From the NCBI RefSeq assembly GCF_006345805.1, contig NC_043012.1, positions 27,590,001 to 27,654,000 of the forward strand: a stretch of 64,000 bases of DNA, written 5' to 3'. The position numbers and the translations under genes were made by a program. This DNA comes from Octopus sinensis. Taxonomy: Eukaryota. The notes under the pieces were generated by a model. It made no database searches. It worked only from the letters and a program-made list of their open reading frames with translations, and was not told where the DNA came from. Shown in pieces: positions 1-12,713 of this stretch (position 1 is the first letter of the stretch; every line of letters starts with the position of its first letter).

Positions 1-1741
1 ACTAGACCATGCCCAATAAGAGTAATCTTTTCTTCTGATCAGGAGGCTTCAACCTTTCTGAACAGGGCTCAGATGCATGCCTGGGAGGACCCCAATATGG
101 GTTTTCGCGAGGAATACTCATTGAGAGAGAGAATTCGCCGGAGAAAACAGATGGTAGAGAAGGGTTTACGCATCCAAGATGGTCAAATAATCAAGTCCTA
201 CCTCTGGTCGCATGCTGACAGGGAAAGTGAATTGAGGGCGAATCGAAGTAAAGTAGATACCCCGTCAACGATGCTATCTCTGATACCCCTTATTCTGCTT
301 GTTCCCCAACTCCCACCCCTCAAACTTCATAGCTCAGCATCGTCTATGCCAACTCGTGCTCCTTATTTCCAAAGTTCAGCAAACTATTTACACTGGCCAT
401 GCGTGATTCCCCTGATGTGATAGCTATCACAGAGACTTGGCTGACTCCAGCAGTAAAGGACTCAGAAATCCACCTACAGGGCTAAGCTCTCTTCAGATGT
501 GAAAAAAAGGCGAGGTGGAGGTGTTGCTGTGTATGTTAAATCTGATCTCAAACCGTCCAGCGGTATTCTACCCACTAGCTCAACCTACAACAAAATTCGA
601 TGCCGTCTATTGCAAGCTGAGCCTATCCGGGTTTTGCCTGCCCGTCTTAGCTGTCTACAGGACGATGCTCATTTACTCGAAGCAATAAGATTCGTTTTGG
701 CTTCTCATGACTGTTTGATATTAGGAGACTTCAACGCTCCCACAATCGATTGGCCCGCATCAATTTGTACATCACCTTCCCAGTTCGGCCAGGCCCTTCT
801 TGACGTGGCTGAAGATTGTTTTCTATCGCAACATGTTGAATATCTGACAAGGCATCGATCTGGGCAGCAGCCATCTATGCTGCATCTGGTATTCTCCCGC
901 TATCCAAGATCAGTGTCAGACGTATCTGTGTGCGCCCCTCTTGCCAAGTGTGATCATGTGGTCCTGAAGTTCGTCATGCACACAACTTTTTCTACTCCCA
1001 CGACTACTTTGCTGCCATGTAGAGTCTTCTCTGCAATTAATCTTGAAATTCTAACCGAGGCTTCTGGACTGGCGATCCCTGATGACGTTGTCCTCAGTTG
1101 ACTGACCAGGCAGTTCCCAATTGGGCTTCCCAAGAAGAAGAAACACAAGCTCTGGGTGACGAATGTTAAACGAGAACTTCGACTCCGAGAATTGGGCTGA
1201 ATTCAAAAATCTGGATTCGACTGCAGCTTTTGAGGTGTACAAAACTCAATGAGACCAAGCCGTGAAAAGGAAGAACGCTTCAGATATGAATACAAAATCG
1301 CGGCAAACGCTAGTAGCAATCCAAAAACCTTCTTTGCCCATGTCCAACGGAATTCCCGCTTGAACAACCAAATTGCAACGTTGGTAGACTTAACAGGCGT
1401 ATCGATTGAGGACCCTTATCAACAGTCAATTATTTGCCGAGGCTTTTTCAACTATTTTTAAACAAGATGACGGTCGTGAACCCCCTCCATTTGATAGATC
1501 GGTACCTCCAATGCTTCGATTGGTCATCACGCGGGACGAAGTCGAACGCGTTGTTCAAGGCCTCGATGTCAACAAGGGTGACGACATACACCCACAGGTT
1601 ATCAAAGCGTTGGCTCCGGCCATCTGCGAGCACTTAACACGGTTATTCAATGTCATTGGCGACGGGGGTTATACCTGCGGACTGGAGAAGAGCGATTCTC
1701 TGCCCAATTTTCAAGAAAGGGAGCCACGAAGACCCTCTTAA
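1..1741 (+). mobile_element. Degenerate CR1-type LINE, 5' part (ORF1 end, AP endonuclease, start of RT region)
   Basis: Frameshifted translation gives APE motifs IVYANSCSL, DVIAITETWL, GGGVAVYVK, LILGDFNAPTIDW and DHVVL, then IPADWRRAILCPIFKKGSHEDPL, cut at TTAA 1738-1741. Confidence 0.85.
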
Positions 1742-3189
1742 CCCTTTCGTTACTAACCCGGCCGTAGCCGGCCGAAATATTTTTTGGTTCAAAGTGCCAT
1801 ACCCGGCCGTTAGAACCCATTGTTATTTAAATGTAAATTTGAACCCAAATCTCGTTGGTACATTCGTTAAAGCATGTGATTTCACATTGTAAATAGTTAA
1901 GTTATAGTATCCGACATTGCTTGAAGTGATATCTCAACTCAGTGAATTTTGGGGGATTTTTTTCCACACGTTTTTCGGCATCGATTTTTCTTCAACTTTG
2001 AAAATGGATAGGAGTTTCATGTTATCAAGCATTGATTCCGAATTTAAAGCTTTGTCAACGGAAAATAGGGAGATATCGAGAAAAAGAATGAAATAGGTAC
2101 TAAAGCACGTGGTGTACAAAATAATGAATATTTTTTTATCCGAAGATGAAAGCAGCGCCTTCCGAAGAAACAAAGCGGCGAAGGCGACAGCGAAGACGAT
2201 TTTACATCGGAATGAAGTAAAAAAACTTTTAAAATGTTTTTATTAGCAATTTTTCTGAGGAGATAAAGTTTATCTATAGCCTTTCTTAGGAAGGGAAACC
2301 ATTAGACTTCTATTTTTTTCAGTATGCTAGTTTGAAGTGATCACTTCGGAAACAAACTTACGCAGATTGTAAACAAACCCAAAATCGGGGTTCAAAGTTT
2401 GGGAAATTTGTGAAGCAAATACTGGGTACTGTTGTGGATTTAGTTTTTATACAGGGAAACTAATGTTAGTCAGCATGGCTTAGGGTACGATGTGGTCTGG
2501 AAGTTATTGTTTGAAGCGATCAATGTGGAAACACACTTACGCAAATTGTAAACAAACCTAAAATCGGGGTTCAAAGTTTGGGAAATTTGTGAAGCAAATA
2601 CTGGGTACTGCGTGGATTTAGTTTTTATACAGGGAAAATAATGTTAGTCAGCATGGCCTAGGGAACGATGTGGTCTGGAATTTATCACTTCCATTCCATA
2701 ACCAGGACCGTATATTATTTTTTGACCGATTTCTTTAGTTCGGTCAAACTTACGGTGGATTCCAATATTTCAGTTTATTTCACCTTTATGGTACCTGTTG
2801 TGCATTAAATTCGACTGATCTAGTGATGTGCACAATTCTTCTTTATCAAAATTTTGTTGCATACCCATTTGAATATTAGCTGATGATTCATTTTCTATAG
2901 TGATGTTTAAACAAAATTTTAATTTTTTACCTTTTGCTCAATTTAAAATTTTAATATTTTTACCTTTTGCTCAATTTACCTGTAATTAAAGTCACTTTGA
3001 GACAAAAGTTATGCAATAGAATTGATTAAGAACCCTTCCTTTAATTATGTTCCAAATATCACATTAAATTGTTGATAAGTAAAAATGTTACAGTTATTTA
3101 ATGAAACAAGCCTAAATTCATGATTATTTTAGAATTTAATTGAAACTCATGAGGGGTGTATTTTGGTCAGAAATATAGTAACGAAAGGG
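1742..3189. mobile_element. Non-autonomous piggyBac-type element with perfect TIRs and TTAA target duplication
   Basis: 14-bp TIRs CCCTTTCGTTACTA (1742-1755) and TAGTAACGAAAGGG (3176-3189); TTAA at 1738-1741 and 3190-3193. Removing it restores the CR1 frame EDPL-NYRPVSLTS. Confidence 0.93.
2349..2681. repeat. Approx. 180-bp direct tandem duplication inside the piggyBac element
   Basis: Two near-identical units, each containing CTTACGCA..TTGTAAACAAACC..AAAATCGGGGTTCAAAGTTTGGGAAATTTGTGAAGCAAATACTGGGTACTG and ending CGATGTGGTCTGGAA. Confidence 0.9.
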
Positions 3190-3462
3190 TTAACTACCGA
3201 CCGGTTTCCCTTACATCAATAATCAGCAAGATGTTCGAAACCATCCTTAAGAAAAGTATGATGCTCCACCTCCAAAACACAGCCTCTATCTCTGATTCCC
3301 AACACGGCTTTGTGCTGAAGAGATCATGCTTGACCAACTTGCTGGTAATGGAAGAATTGGTGACGCGCATCCTCGATGATAGTGATGCTGTTGACATTGT
3401 TTTATTGGACTTTGCCAAAGCTTTTGACTCGGTAAACCACCGCCTATTGTCAATTCTAATCC
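3190..3462 (+). mobile_element. Continuation of the CR1 LINE RT, truncated
   Basis: NYRPVSLTSIISKMFE...SQHGFVLKRSCLTNLL...VDIVLLDFAKAFDSVNH, then an abrupt switch to RTE sequence. Confidence 0.88.
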
Positions 3463-4328
3463 TTGCTTCCACACCTGAAACTTTCTTCTAGTTCTGATAG
3501 TGACTCTGCAATTAGAGCAAGGTCATCAGCGTAGAGGAGCTCCCAGGGGCAACCTGTCTTGAATTCCTCCGTTATTGCCTGGAGGACTATAATAAATAGG
3601 AGGGGGCTGAGGACTGAACCTTGGTGGACCCCTACCTCTACCTGGAATTTTTCATTGTACTCGTTGCCAACCCTCACCTTACTAGCAGCGTCCCTGTACA
3701 TGGCTTGCACAGCTCTCACTAACCATTAATCTATCCCTAGTTTTCTCATTGACCACCAGATAAGGGATCGGGGGACCCTGTCGAAGGCTTTCTCCATGTC
3801 AACAAAAGCCAGGTACAGGGGCTTATCTTTGGCTAGATATTTCTCCTGCAGCTGTCTTACCAGGAATATAGCATCAGTAGTACTTTTCCCTGGCACGAAC
3901 CCAAACTACATCTCATCTAAACTAACTCTCTCTCTAATTAGTTGGGCTATGACCCTCTCCGTAACCTTCATTACCTGATCCAACAGCTTGATACCTCTGT
4001 AGTTATTTGTATCTAGGGCATCACCATTACCTTTGTAGCAGTTAACTATTATGCTGCTACACCAGTCATTGGGTATGACTCCTTCGTGTATCACCTGGTT
4101 AACTAAATGGGTAACTAGGCTATAGCCGACACTACCAGATATTTTGAGCATCTCTGCAGTAATTCCTGATGGGCCTGGGGCTTTCCCTGTCTTCATGCTT
4201 CTAATTGCCTTAACTACCAAGGAACTGTCAACTCGGATAGCTGGTCCCTCTGTTGGGTCGATATTCGGCAGACTCTCTTTATCCCATTCCTTTTCTTTAT
4301 TCAGCAACCTTTCATAGTGGCGTCTCCA
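3463..4328 (-). mobile_element. RTE LINE fragment (RT region)
   Basis: ORFs 3906-4349 and 3456-3719: NYRGIKLLDQVMK, GVHQGSVLSPLLF, LLYADDL. Same family as the + strand copies at 32 kb and 53 kb. Confidence 0.9.
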
Positions 4329-5265
4329 ATAGTTAATTATTTTAAACAATGTTATATTGTATACAGTTAAAGTTTAGGGTATTCAAAGGATTATTAAGAA
4401 ATTATAATAAAAGGATAGAAATTTATGAATACTTTTGAGTATATACCAAACTTCTTACCACAATAGAGGGAGGAAAAGAAATCCAGAAATAGTTTAATAT
4501 TCATACATATTGTACACTTAAATATTAACTCATCAGATGGTATCTGTGAATATTGATTAATTGGTATATACTGGTATTAATAAAGGAGTAAGTAGTGAAT
4601 ATACCAGCATAGTTTTATATAAACTAAGTATGAATTTATAGAGATACAAAAATTCTATTAATTTTATAAATAAGTAATGGCTGATTATAAAATAATCAAG
4701 TAGGGAAATGGAAATAAAATGGCTTAATTACTAATACGGTGCTAAAGTATATGTAACTTCTTAACACCAATAGAGATTTTTTAGAAAAATATATTAGACT
4801 AAAAATTACATATTTATTTATTTAGCTAATATCAATAAAAGACTGGTATTTGGCATCTGCTAAAGGAATATTTAAGTTATGGAAGTTTTCTTTTTTTTTT
4901 TTTTGCATTTCATCTAGTTTCAGCTCACATGCTGGGGCACTGCAATTATTATGCACTAATCTTTTTTTTTTAAATTAAGGGTTATATTATAGGTTTAAGA
5001 AATTATTATTGTTACTCCTTACATCTAAATATTAACTTATATGGTTTCTGTAGAGATTGATCAAATGGATTTAATAAGGGAACATGTCAAATATATACTG
5101 ATTTAATTAAATTAAACTGTTTTAAAGTTGTACAGTTACTGGTATTACCTTATATAAGCTGAGTATGAATTAATAGGGGTACAAGGATTAGATTTATTTA
5201 AGGCTACCTATGCAAGATTGAAGAACAGATGTGAAGTGATGATGTATGTAATAGGTGCAGGCATT

Positions 5266-5405
5266 TCTATGTGGTTAGGAAGTTTGCTTCCCAACTACAT
5301 AGTTCTGAGTTCAGTTCCATTGCATAGCATCTTGGGCAAGTGCCTTCTTCATTAACTCTGAGCCAACCATAGGCTTGTGAGTGGGTATGGTAGCCATGAG
5401 CTGAA
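5266..5405 (+). mobile_element. tRNA-derived SINE, head fragment
   Basis: TGTGGTTAGGAAGTTTGCTTCCC...GAGTTCAGTTCC...CTTGGGCAAGTG, matching the other SINE heads in the window. Confidence 0.75.
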
Positions 5406-6065
5406 GAAAGCTTTTGTGTACATTGGTGTTGCCTTGTCTTGGTATCACAAAAAAGTTGCACTGTGTGTCACTGTTGCACAACATTGTTCTTTGTTTCCAG
5501 TCTGAAAATGTAAGTCCTGTGCAGACAATATACAAAAAGAGTTGATTGGATGAATTTACATAATTCTTCTTGCAGTTGTGAGTTCATTTCATTAGGTGAT
5601 TGTGAATCACCTTGTGATGTCTAAAGTTTTTTGTATGTAAAATGAAATAAATGGCAGTCATCGACTGAAACATTAGGTAACAATTCATTGGTTAATCAAG
5701 CACTGTGATGTTTACACTGCTATTTCAACACATTGCTAGTTGGGTTTCTGTCTGAATTACTGCTGGGGTGATCACTTGGACAACTACATATGTATTACAG
5801 ACTGGTAATATTTGAAAAATGAAAGCAAAAATTCCAGATTATTCAAGCATTGGAGTATGGGGCTGAAACAATGAGGCATTTGTCTTGTCAAATACCATAT
5901 CAAGAGGGAATTTGTGGCAGTGTGCTAGCGTGCTAGTTGTATTTTACCTTCTATATTATATTTCATTCTTAGTGTGGCTTTCCTTCCTCTACCATGTTAG
6001 TAAGCTTTATTGTAATACTATTCAAATTTTTCTTTTCTCTCTCTCCTTTAGTTTATTGAACAAAA

Positions 6066-6155
6066 ATGGTGCGCCCACTCCATAAGCCAACTATTATCAA
6101 GAAACGTACCAAAAAGTTTATCAGACATCAGTCTGATAGGTATAAAAAGCTGAAG
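6066..6155 (+). CDS. RPL32: 60S ribosomal protein L32, coding exon 1
   Basis: [30 protein letters not shown]; pyrimidine tract and AG acceptor at 6050-6051, GT donor at 6156. Confidence 0.97.
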
Positions 6156-6242
6156 GTTTGTTTTATGGTGTTTTTGTTGGATTTTTTTGTGTATCTCTCT
6201 CTAAAAACTTTTGTGTAAAACGTCTTTCATTTAACATTTCAG

Positions 6243-6395
6243 TCAAACTGGCGTAAACCTAAGGGAATTGATAATCGAGTACGACGGCGGTTTAAAGGTC
6301 AATACTTGATGCCAAATATTGGTTATGGTTCAAATAAAAAAACCAAGCATATGCTGCCTGATGGATTTAGAAAGTTTTTAGTTCACAATGTTCGA
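6243..6395 (+). CDS. RPL32: 60S ribosomal protein L32, coding exon 2
   Basis: [51 protein letters not shown] (eL32 signature); AG 6241-6242, GTAAGT donor 6396; phase 0 on both sides. Confidence 0.98.
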
Positions 6396-8269
6396 GTAAG
6401 TATCTTGCTCTTCTCTATTTGCTGTTGTAAAGTTTACAAGCCCTTTTTATTTTACTTATATTCTAATTTTTCTATATCAACCTCTTTTTGGGATTCAGCT
6501 TCTCTTGCACATTGTATTTCATATCTTTTATGCCCAGATTTTCGTTGGTCTTTTGTGCATCCTCCTGATGCAATGCACATTAATTAGATAATCTGCATGT
6601 GTCATATTTCCATGTTAAACTTTTTCTGTTTTTCTTTCCCCCTCTGTTGTTTTTTACACATGCTTACAATGGAGCAGAATCTAGAGCAAAAGTCTTCTCA
6701 GGTGCCCTGAAAATACTGTTATGGATCTCCAATTATTTTGTTGTGTCCCTAGTTAATGGAAGATTTCAGCTACTTGTAAGAATTTGCCCAAGCACTTGAA
6801 AGCATTTTTGTTCTTATCTATGGTATTTTCTGTTGGCCTCTCAGTGATCCCACTGCATCACTTATGCATATTGAGTGTGGCCATTTCCCAGATAGCAATA
6901 GAATCCTACTTTGCTGCAAAGAGAACACATGTACAGTTGTAAGCTCAGATATTGTTGCATTAATTTGAAGCTGGGTGACATGCATGAAGTATGCAATCCT
7001 TTTTCAAACCTATTGTTTTTCCAAAGTGTTTGTGGCATTTCTTTTTATCTAACCCTCCGAGAAGTGAAAGAATTCTGAAGAAAAGTAATACACATGTTTT
7101 ATTTGAGAAGCTGACTGCATTCCTAAGTGTATCTGCAAGAAGAATCACTACATCCTACTGACATGAATAGTGAAGTGCCATCTTGGGATCTAGGCTGCGC
7201 TAGATAGCTTTCTGCCACTGAAAAGTATGTGCTCATGTATTACCAGAACCCAGGATCTTGGTGCCATTATAATAAAAACAAATGGTTATGGCAAATTAGA
7301 TGGGCACTGTTGTTATTTACAGAATCTGATGGTGAGCAGTATTTGAGAAAATGGATCTATCAAAGAGTGTAGTTTATAGTTTTTACTATGCTTTGATGTT
7401 AAGTTGCTGTGATAGGTTTTCCAACAAAAGTGGCTTCGGTGGGCAGTGGGGACAAAAAGTGAAATTGCAAGAACAAAACCCACAGAGGTTCTGTGTTGCA
7501 GTTAAATTTCTTAAGTGAAGACTGTTTTCATGTTGATAGGGAATTGGAAAACAAATGTTGGGCTGAAATATTGTGTTATGTACTGGCCAAAATAGTAATA
7601 AAGTGATAATAGCATCTATGCACAATAGGGGTTTTTGCTGAACTATGGAACTTAATGCACAATTTAATCCTTTTCTAACTACAATATGCATTCTTTTTGT
7701 AAGCACAGTTTCTACATCATCTCAACAGGCACTTTTAATTCGTAAAACTGGCAGTTATGGCAAGTGTTCCAGTTGATCCAACCAATAGAGCAGGCTACTT
7801 GTGAGGTTAATGTACAAGTGGCTGAGAACAATTATTGTGGGGTTTGGGGGTGTGCACAAAATGTGACGAGGCTGGTCCATTAAATTATAGTTACAATTAT
7901 ATTTTGCCAGCTGAGTGGTTTTGAGCAATGTGAAATTAGTCTTACTCAAGCATGTGGGAAACGTTGTGGAGTTTTTCCCCACCTACTCCATTTTATTTAC
8001 TGCACAAGTCATTTCCATGGTAATCACTCCAAAGGAAAAGGTATAAGAGGGAGGTAATTTAACGATTTTCTTTCCTAGGTCTAATATCTTTCTACAATTA
8101 TCTAAGGAGAACAATTGTTTACATAGTGAAGTGTTGCATTTTCATGAATGTATTAGTGAGATTTGTGTTGAAAATTTCATAAACCTTTTAGTGTTTTAAA
8201 CCAGTCAAAATTCCCCTTTATTTGTTCAAACTGATCAAAAAGTCACATTATTGAATTCTTGTAGCTTTG

Positions 8270-9110
8270 AGATTATGTTTGGTGTTAAGCAGCTTCCTCG
8301 ACTGGAGCTACTGGAGTCCTGATACAAGGCATGGTGATCCAAATATAACTTATAGTTAATTCATATATTGTATATGTGAAAAGCCACAAGGTACCTTCGC
8401 CACCAAAGGACTACAACCATTTGAAATTTGGGGTTGACATCACATCTCAGTGATGTGAGGGCTTTTCTAGGAAGCATAGAACTGGGAGAAAAGCAAAGTT
8501 AACTGAGGTGGATGTCAACAGAAAATGTTGGCTTTCATAAAGTTGAAAAGATAAATGGGAAAAAAATGTTTGCAGACTGTTCACTGCAAAGATGAAAGAC
8601 AGCAGACAGGTATCAGAGTGAGACTTCATGTCTGTGTTCCTTTTGCAAAGTGCCCTTGTATAAAGGGTGCTTTGGGCAGTTTCATGACAGTACTATACTA
8701 TTTTGTAACTATATTTTATCATATATTCCTTTTCCTTTTATTGTAATTAATATGTGAAAGTGAGAAGTATATGTTAATTTTCAGTGTTACACACCTGTGT
8801 TCACCTTTGTCTCGGTTGTTAATGAGCTTTTTTCTTATTAGATGCATTCTGTTGCGTAAATGAATTATTTAAATTGTATAAGAGTATATAGCCAATGGTA
8901 TATTGACTAGTAAAAGAGTTTTGTACTTTATTTTGAATGAATGAAATACAGAGAAAGAATATCTTGTACCGATTACACCTGTAATTACTTCAAATTTACC
9001 TGCCATAAAAGTCAAATTTAATAGGAAAGATCAGCTAAAATTATGTGACTATTAACCACTGGCATATTTGCAAAATTTCAGACCTGTATGTAGAAAATTT
9101 TTTTTTTTTT
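8270..9110 (+). mobile_element. Internally deleted piggyBac derivative in RPL32 intron
   Basis: Remnant peptides KQLPRL, LIVNSYIVY...HLKFGVDITSQ..EGFSRK and the Cys-rich tail SETSCLCSFCKVPLYKGCFGQFH; homologous to 30570-31335 and 50660-52600. Confidence 0.75.
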
Positions 9111-9684
9111 CTTTTTTTATCAGCTCAGTGTATCATATCATTTGACAGCACAAGAGCAAGGCAAAACGGCATACACATAGCTTTAGCAGATACTTGTGTA
9201 AATGTTTGACTGGGTTTTGGGGTTCAGTATCACTGTCAGGTAAGTGTAGGTCAATGTATATAGAAACTGGTACTGGGGTCACTTTGATCAACTAAACTCT
9301 TTGGTGTACTGTCCCAACATGGCTTCGGCCTAGTACTGTTTCTGGATCCATCTAGCTTTTATTCTGTTGCTACTCATGAGACGGCATTGTGGTGTACATC
9401 TTACATGGGTAAGACATTGCTGGTTATCTGTCTAGTTTCTGAAAGATATGTGGGTTTTTAACTTAAGACACTCAATTTGTTACTGTTAGTAAATAAGGTG
9501 TTTGTAATGATTGGAAGTTTGTGAACCTTCTCAACTGTTTCTTGTGTTCCATTGTCAAGCTGGTATTTTGGATCATAACATTTAGAATATTCTTTAAAGT
9601 TATGAAGTTTTGTATCAAGTATTAATTGAAATTTAGAATTTTTTTTTTTCAGTTTTTCATATCTTTTTCTCTTCTGTTTAAAAG

Positions 9685-9843
9685 GAATTGGAAATATTGA
9701 TGATGCAAAATCGAGTATATGCAGCTGAAATTGCTCATGGTGTCTCCAGCAAGAAAAGAAAAGACATAGTTGATCGTGCATTGCAGTTAAACATAAAAGT
9801 AACAAATCCACATGGTCGTCTTCGCTCCCAAGAGGATGAATAG
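9685..9843 (+). CDS. RPL32: 60S ribosomal protein L32, last coding exon
   Basis: [52 protein letters not shown]; AG acceptor 9683-9684. The spliced CDS is 133 aa and uninterrupted. Confidence 0.98.
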   Translation, partial: ELEILMMQNRVYAAEIAHGVSSKKRKDIVDRALQLNIKVTNPHGRLRSQEDE

Positions 9844-9860
9844 ATATATTTCAGGCCAAA

Positions 9861-9866
9861 AATAAA
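9861..9866 (+). promoter_or_regulatory. RPL32 polyadenylation signal
   Basis: AATAAA 18 nt after the stop codon, followed by a T/GT-rich tract. Confidence 0.75.
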
Positions 9867-10699
9867 TATTCTTTAAGCCTTATTTTGTTTGTCTTTGGTT
9901 TTAGTATTTGTGTTTTGTCGGTAACTAGAAATTGTTACTGCTGCAGGAGCCAAGTAAGTTGTGATTACAGAATGAGTGAAGCAAGTTTAATTCAATTGGC
10001 TCTAGCGATAGTACACCAGACAAGGGTGAAAGATGGCTCCCTAAATGTTTGGAGATAGGGAGTGGTTTCTACAGCAGATTTTGGACCATGCTCAAAGGCT
10101 TTGCTCAGCTTAATGTGGGAAAATGGCATGATGTGAAATTAACAAGACTTGACTAATTAAAAAAAAATTAGTTTCATGATCTACTTGACAGAATTCTGGT
10201 TTAGGCATCCCATATAACACCTTGAGTTTTTACTTTTTTGGAATTTTCAACACATTTTTGCAAATTTGTGTTCTACTCATGAGAATTCATACAACTATTA
10301 AATTTTGTTTGTTTTTTTTAATCACAGTCTGAATTCTTGACTTAATTTCAGCAATAGACTGTTAAATCTAACAAAGATTTTTGAGATACTTTCATAATTG
10401 TATGAGTTCCTTTGTGTATATACAAATTCACAAAGTTTTCTAAATAGTTAAAGCAGCATTCTACCTGACTCTCTTCTTGATACATTTATGCACCATGTAG
10501 TTGAAGAGATTATTGAAATTAGTCATTCATTTTTGCCCCAGTTTAGATATCAGTTTTTGAAAATTATTGAATTAGACATAAGTGTGGGAAATAATTGACT
10601 TGGTACCCAGCAGAAAGAATTTGGATTATTAAACATCAAGAATTATCTAGATAGTGTATTAGCAACCTCTATTACAACTGGGTAATTGAAAATAAATTA

Positions 10700-11115
10700 C
10701 CTGACTTTCTCAACTGCAACAACATTGGTAGTCTTGTAGTTGAGGGCTCCTCGTTGATGCCCGATACCACTGGGAGGTGGCCCTCAAAGTCGCTGGAAAT
10801 GTAGATCTCTAGGTCCAAATTCTTGAACGGCACTTAGACCACCTCCCTTCAAACGCAAAAGAGTCAAGAGGATCTACGGCGACCATGGAGATAGCGTGAG
10901 CAGAACCGCTGATTCGTCTCTAACCAGGCAGCAGCAGACTTAGAAGTCATCACCCGGACCGCAAGTACTGGCTCTACAAGACAGAAAGTGAGATGGCGCA
11001 GCATGTCATCTACGATTGTCCACGGATTCATCCCCACCGACACTGGCCAGTGGACTTTCGCTCCCAAAACACAGTGAAATTATCCTTACCTGTCTTGCTG
11101 CTTAACAACAACAAA
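10700..11115 (+). mobile_element. Degenerate LINE 3' end, possibly I/Ingi-like
   Basis: C-terminal zinc-knuckle remnant MAQHVIYDCP followed by a (AAC)n-like tail; heavily mutated. Confidence 0.4.
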
Positions 11116-12713
11116 GGTGGCCAGTGTTTACTCTCAAAGATGCAATGTATTGGTTTCAAACAGGTACTGAGAAATTGTTTTGCCCCACTTCCCTGTAGTT
11201 ATTTCAAATATTTGACAATAATAAAAGAAAAATTTGATTTAATGAAATGCAAGTGAGCGTTTCTAAAGCTGAATAAAATGCATTGAGAGGTGTAATTTTA
11301 TAATTAAGACTAAATTCAAAATTTAAATTTCGGAACATATTCATTACTTACTTGCTTTCTCATCAAATAAGACCTCTTTTCAATGTCTCGGTGAAATAAT
11401 GAAGTTTACTATGGCAATATATATGTGTGCGGTCTTTAATTGCCAGTGGTCAATGTAAGGTCACTGCTCGGTTATGCATGGAAAGAAGGAATTTGAACTA
11501 GAAACAATAAACAACTATTACTTTGTCTTTATATATGTCCATACTCTCTCACACGCATTTTTTGGAGGGTTTTGTTTTCCCTTTGTCAATGTTCCAAAAG
11601 GAACTATATTCAATTCCCAGCAAAATTGTAGCTGCTTTGGGACTTGGTAGGAAAGTGTTAATTGGATGAATTTATGTCACTAATGTAGTTAAAACGTTAT
11701 TTATCAAAAAAGAGGTCCATTACATTTTTTAAGATGTTTCTTTATTGGAAGCCTCTACATGCAAGATTGCTGAGAGGTGGGGTCACCCTGTATTGAATAC
11801 TACACACCCTTCATAATAGGGACCCTATATCTTGTAGATTCCTGGGGCGGTTGCACCTTAAAAATCTGCTCCTGGATGGGGACTTAGAGAAGTAGCCTGC
11901 AACTATAATATATACATGTGTGTGTGTCTGTATATATATATAGAAAGAGAGCAATAGGTTCCAAGTGTAGGAAGTTAGTAAACTTGAAGCATTTATGCAG
12001 CCAGTTTAAATAATAAGAGGTGGATGATATATGATGAAATGAGTCTATTAATGTCATAAGTTACACGTTTTGTCTCCTATTGAAATTGCAGAAAATTTCA
12101 ATAAGCTGACAGTAAAGTTGTTAAAAATGCAAACAAAACTCCAAGAATGTAAGGAACGAAACAGTGAAAACACAGACTATGATTGTTTCATAACTAAAAC
12201 AATGTATGCTACATAATTTGAAACATTAGAACCAGCTTAGCTAATATTAAGATCGTATTATCTACAGATTGTTACATGGAGATTGAATGAAGAAGAAAAC
12301 TGGAAAAGTTTTGAGATATGAGGAACAAAGGTTTTAAACAAAAGGCAAATACTGTCATTATGACAAATTTCTCAAAAAGTTTTGAATGTTTTTGTAAAGT
12401 TTGCTTAGTGGCTTGCTGTGCTACTGACTCCTAATGTCATTTGTTCATAGCTTTTGTGTTGTCTGTCAAGTAACTATGGCATGCTGTTACTGGAGCAAGT
12501 TCTAGGTGAAGTGATAGGTTAGATTTTTTTATCATGTAAGCAATATTCTAAAGAATGTGATTGTTAAATATTCCCACCACATGACTCTCCTGCCAATGAA
12601 ATTCACTGAATTAAATGGAACAATGAGAATAGTGTAGAAATTGCAGACATGAAGTATATAAAGGAAGCATGCATTAGAAAAGGGCGAATGTAAGACTAAA
12701 AATGCTGGTTAAA

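Noticed and set aside
4490-4545. CTGATGA on the minus strand with a possible stem II (hammerhead-like)
   Set aside because: No GAAA or stem III follows.
7165-7295. Segment with TGGGATC and TTCTGCCA, reminiscent of SNORA7 or U4atac
   Set aside because: Only short word matches from memory; no convincing two-hairpin H/ACA layout or Sm site.
8285-8345. Hairpin-like segment considered as an intronic snoRNA
   Set aside because: It aligns with the reverse complement of 51655-51725 and encodes the piggyBac KQLP.L motif, so it is transposon-derived.
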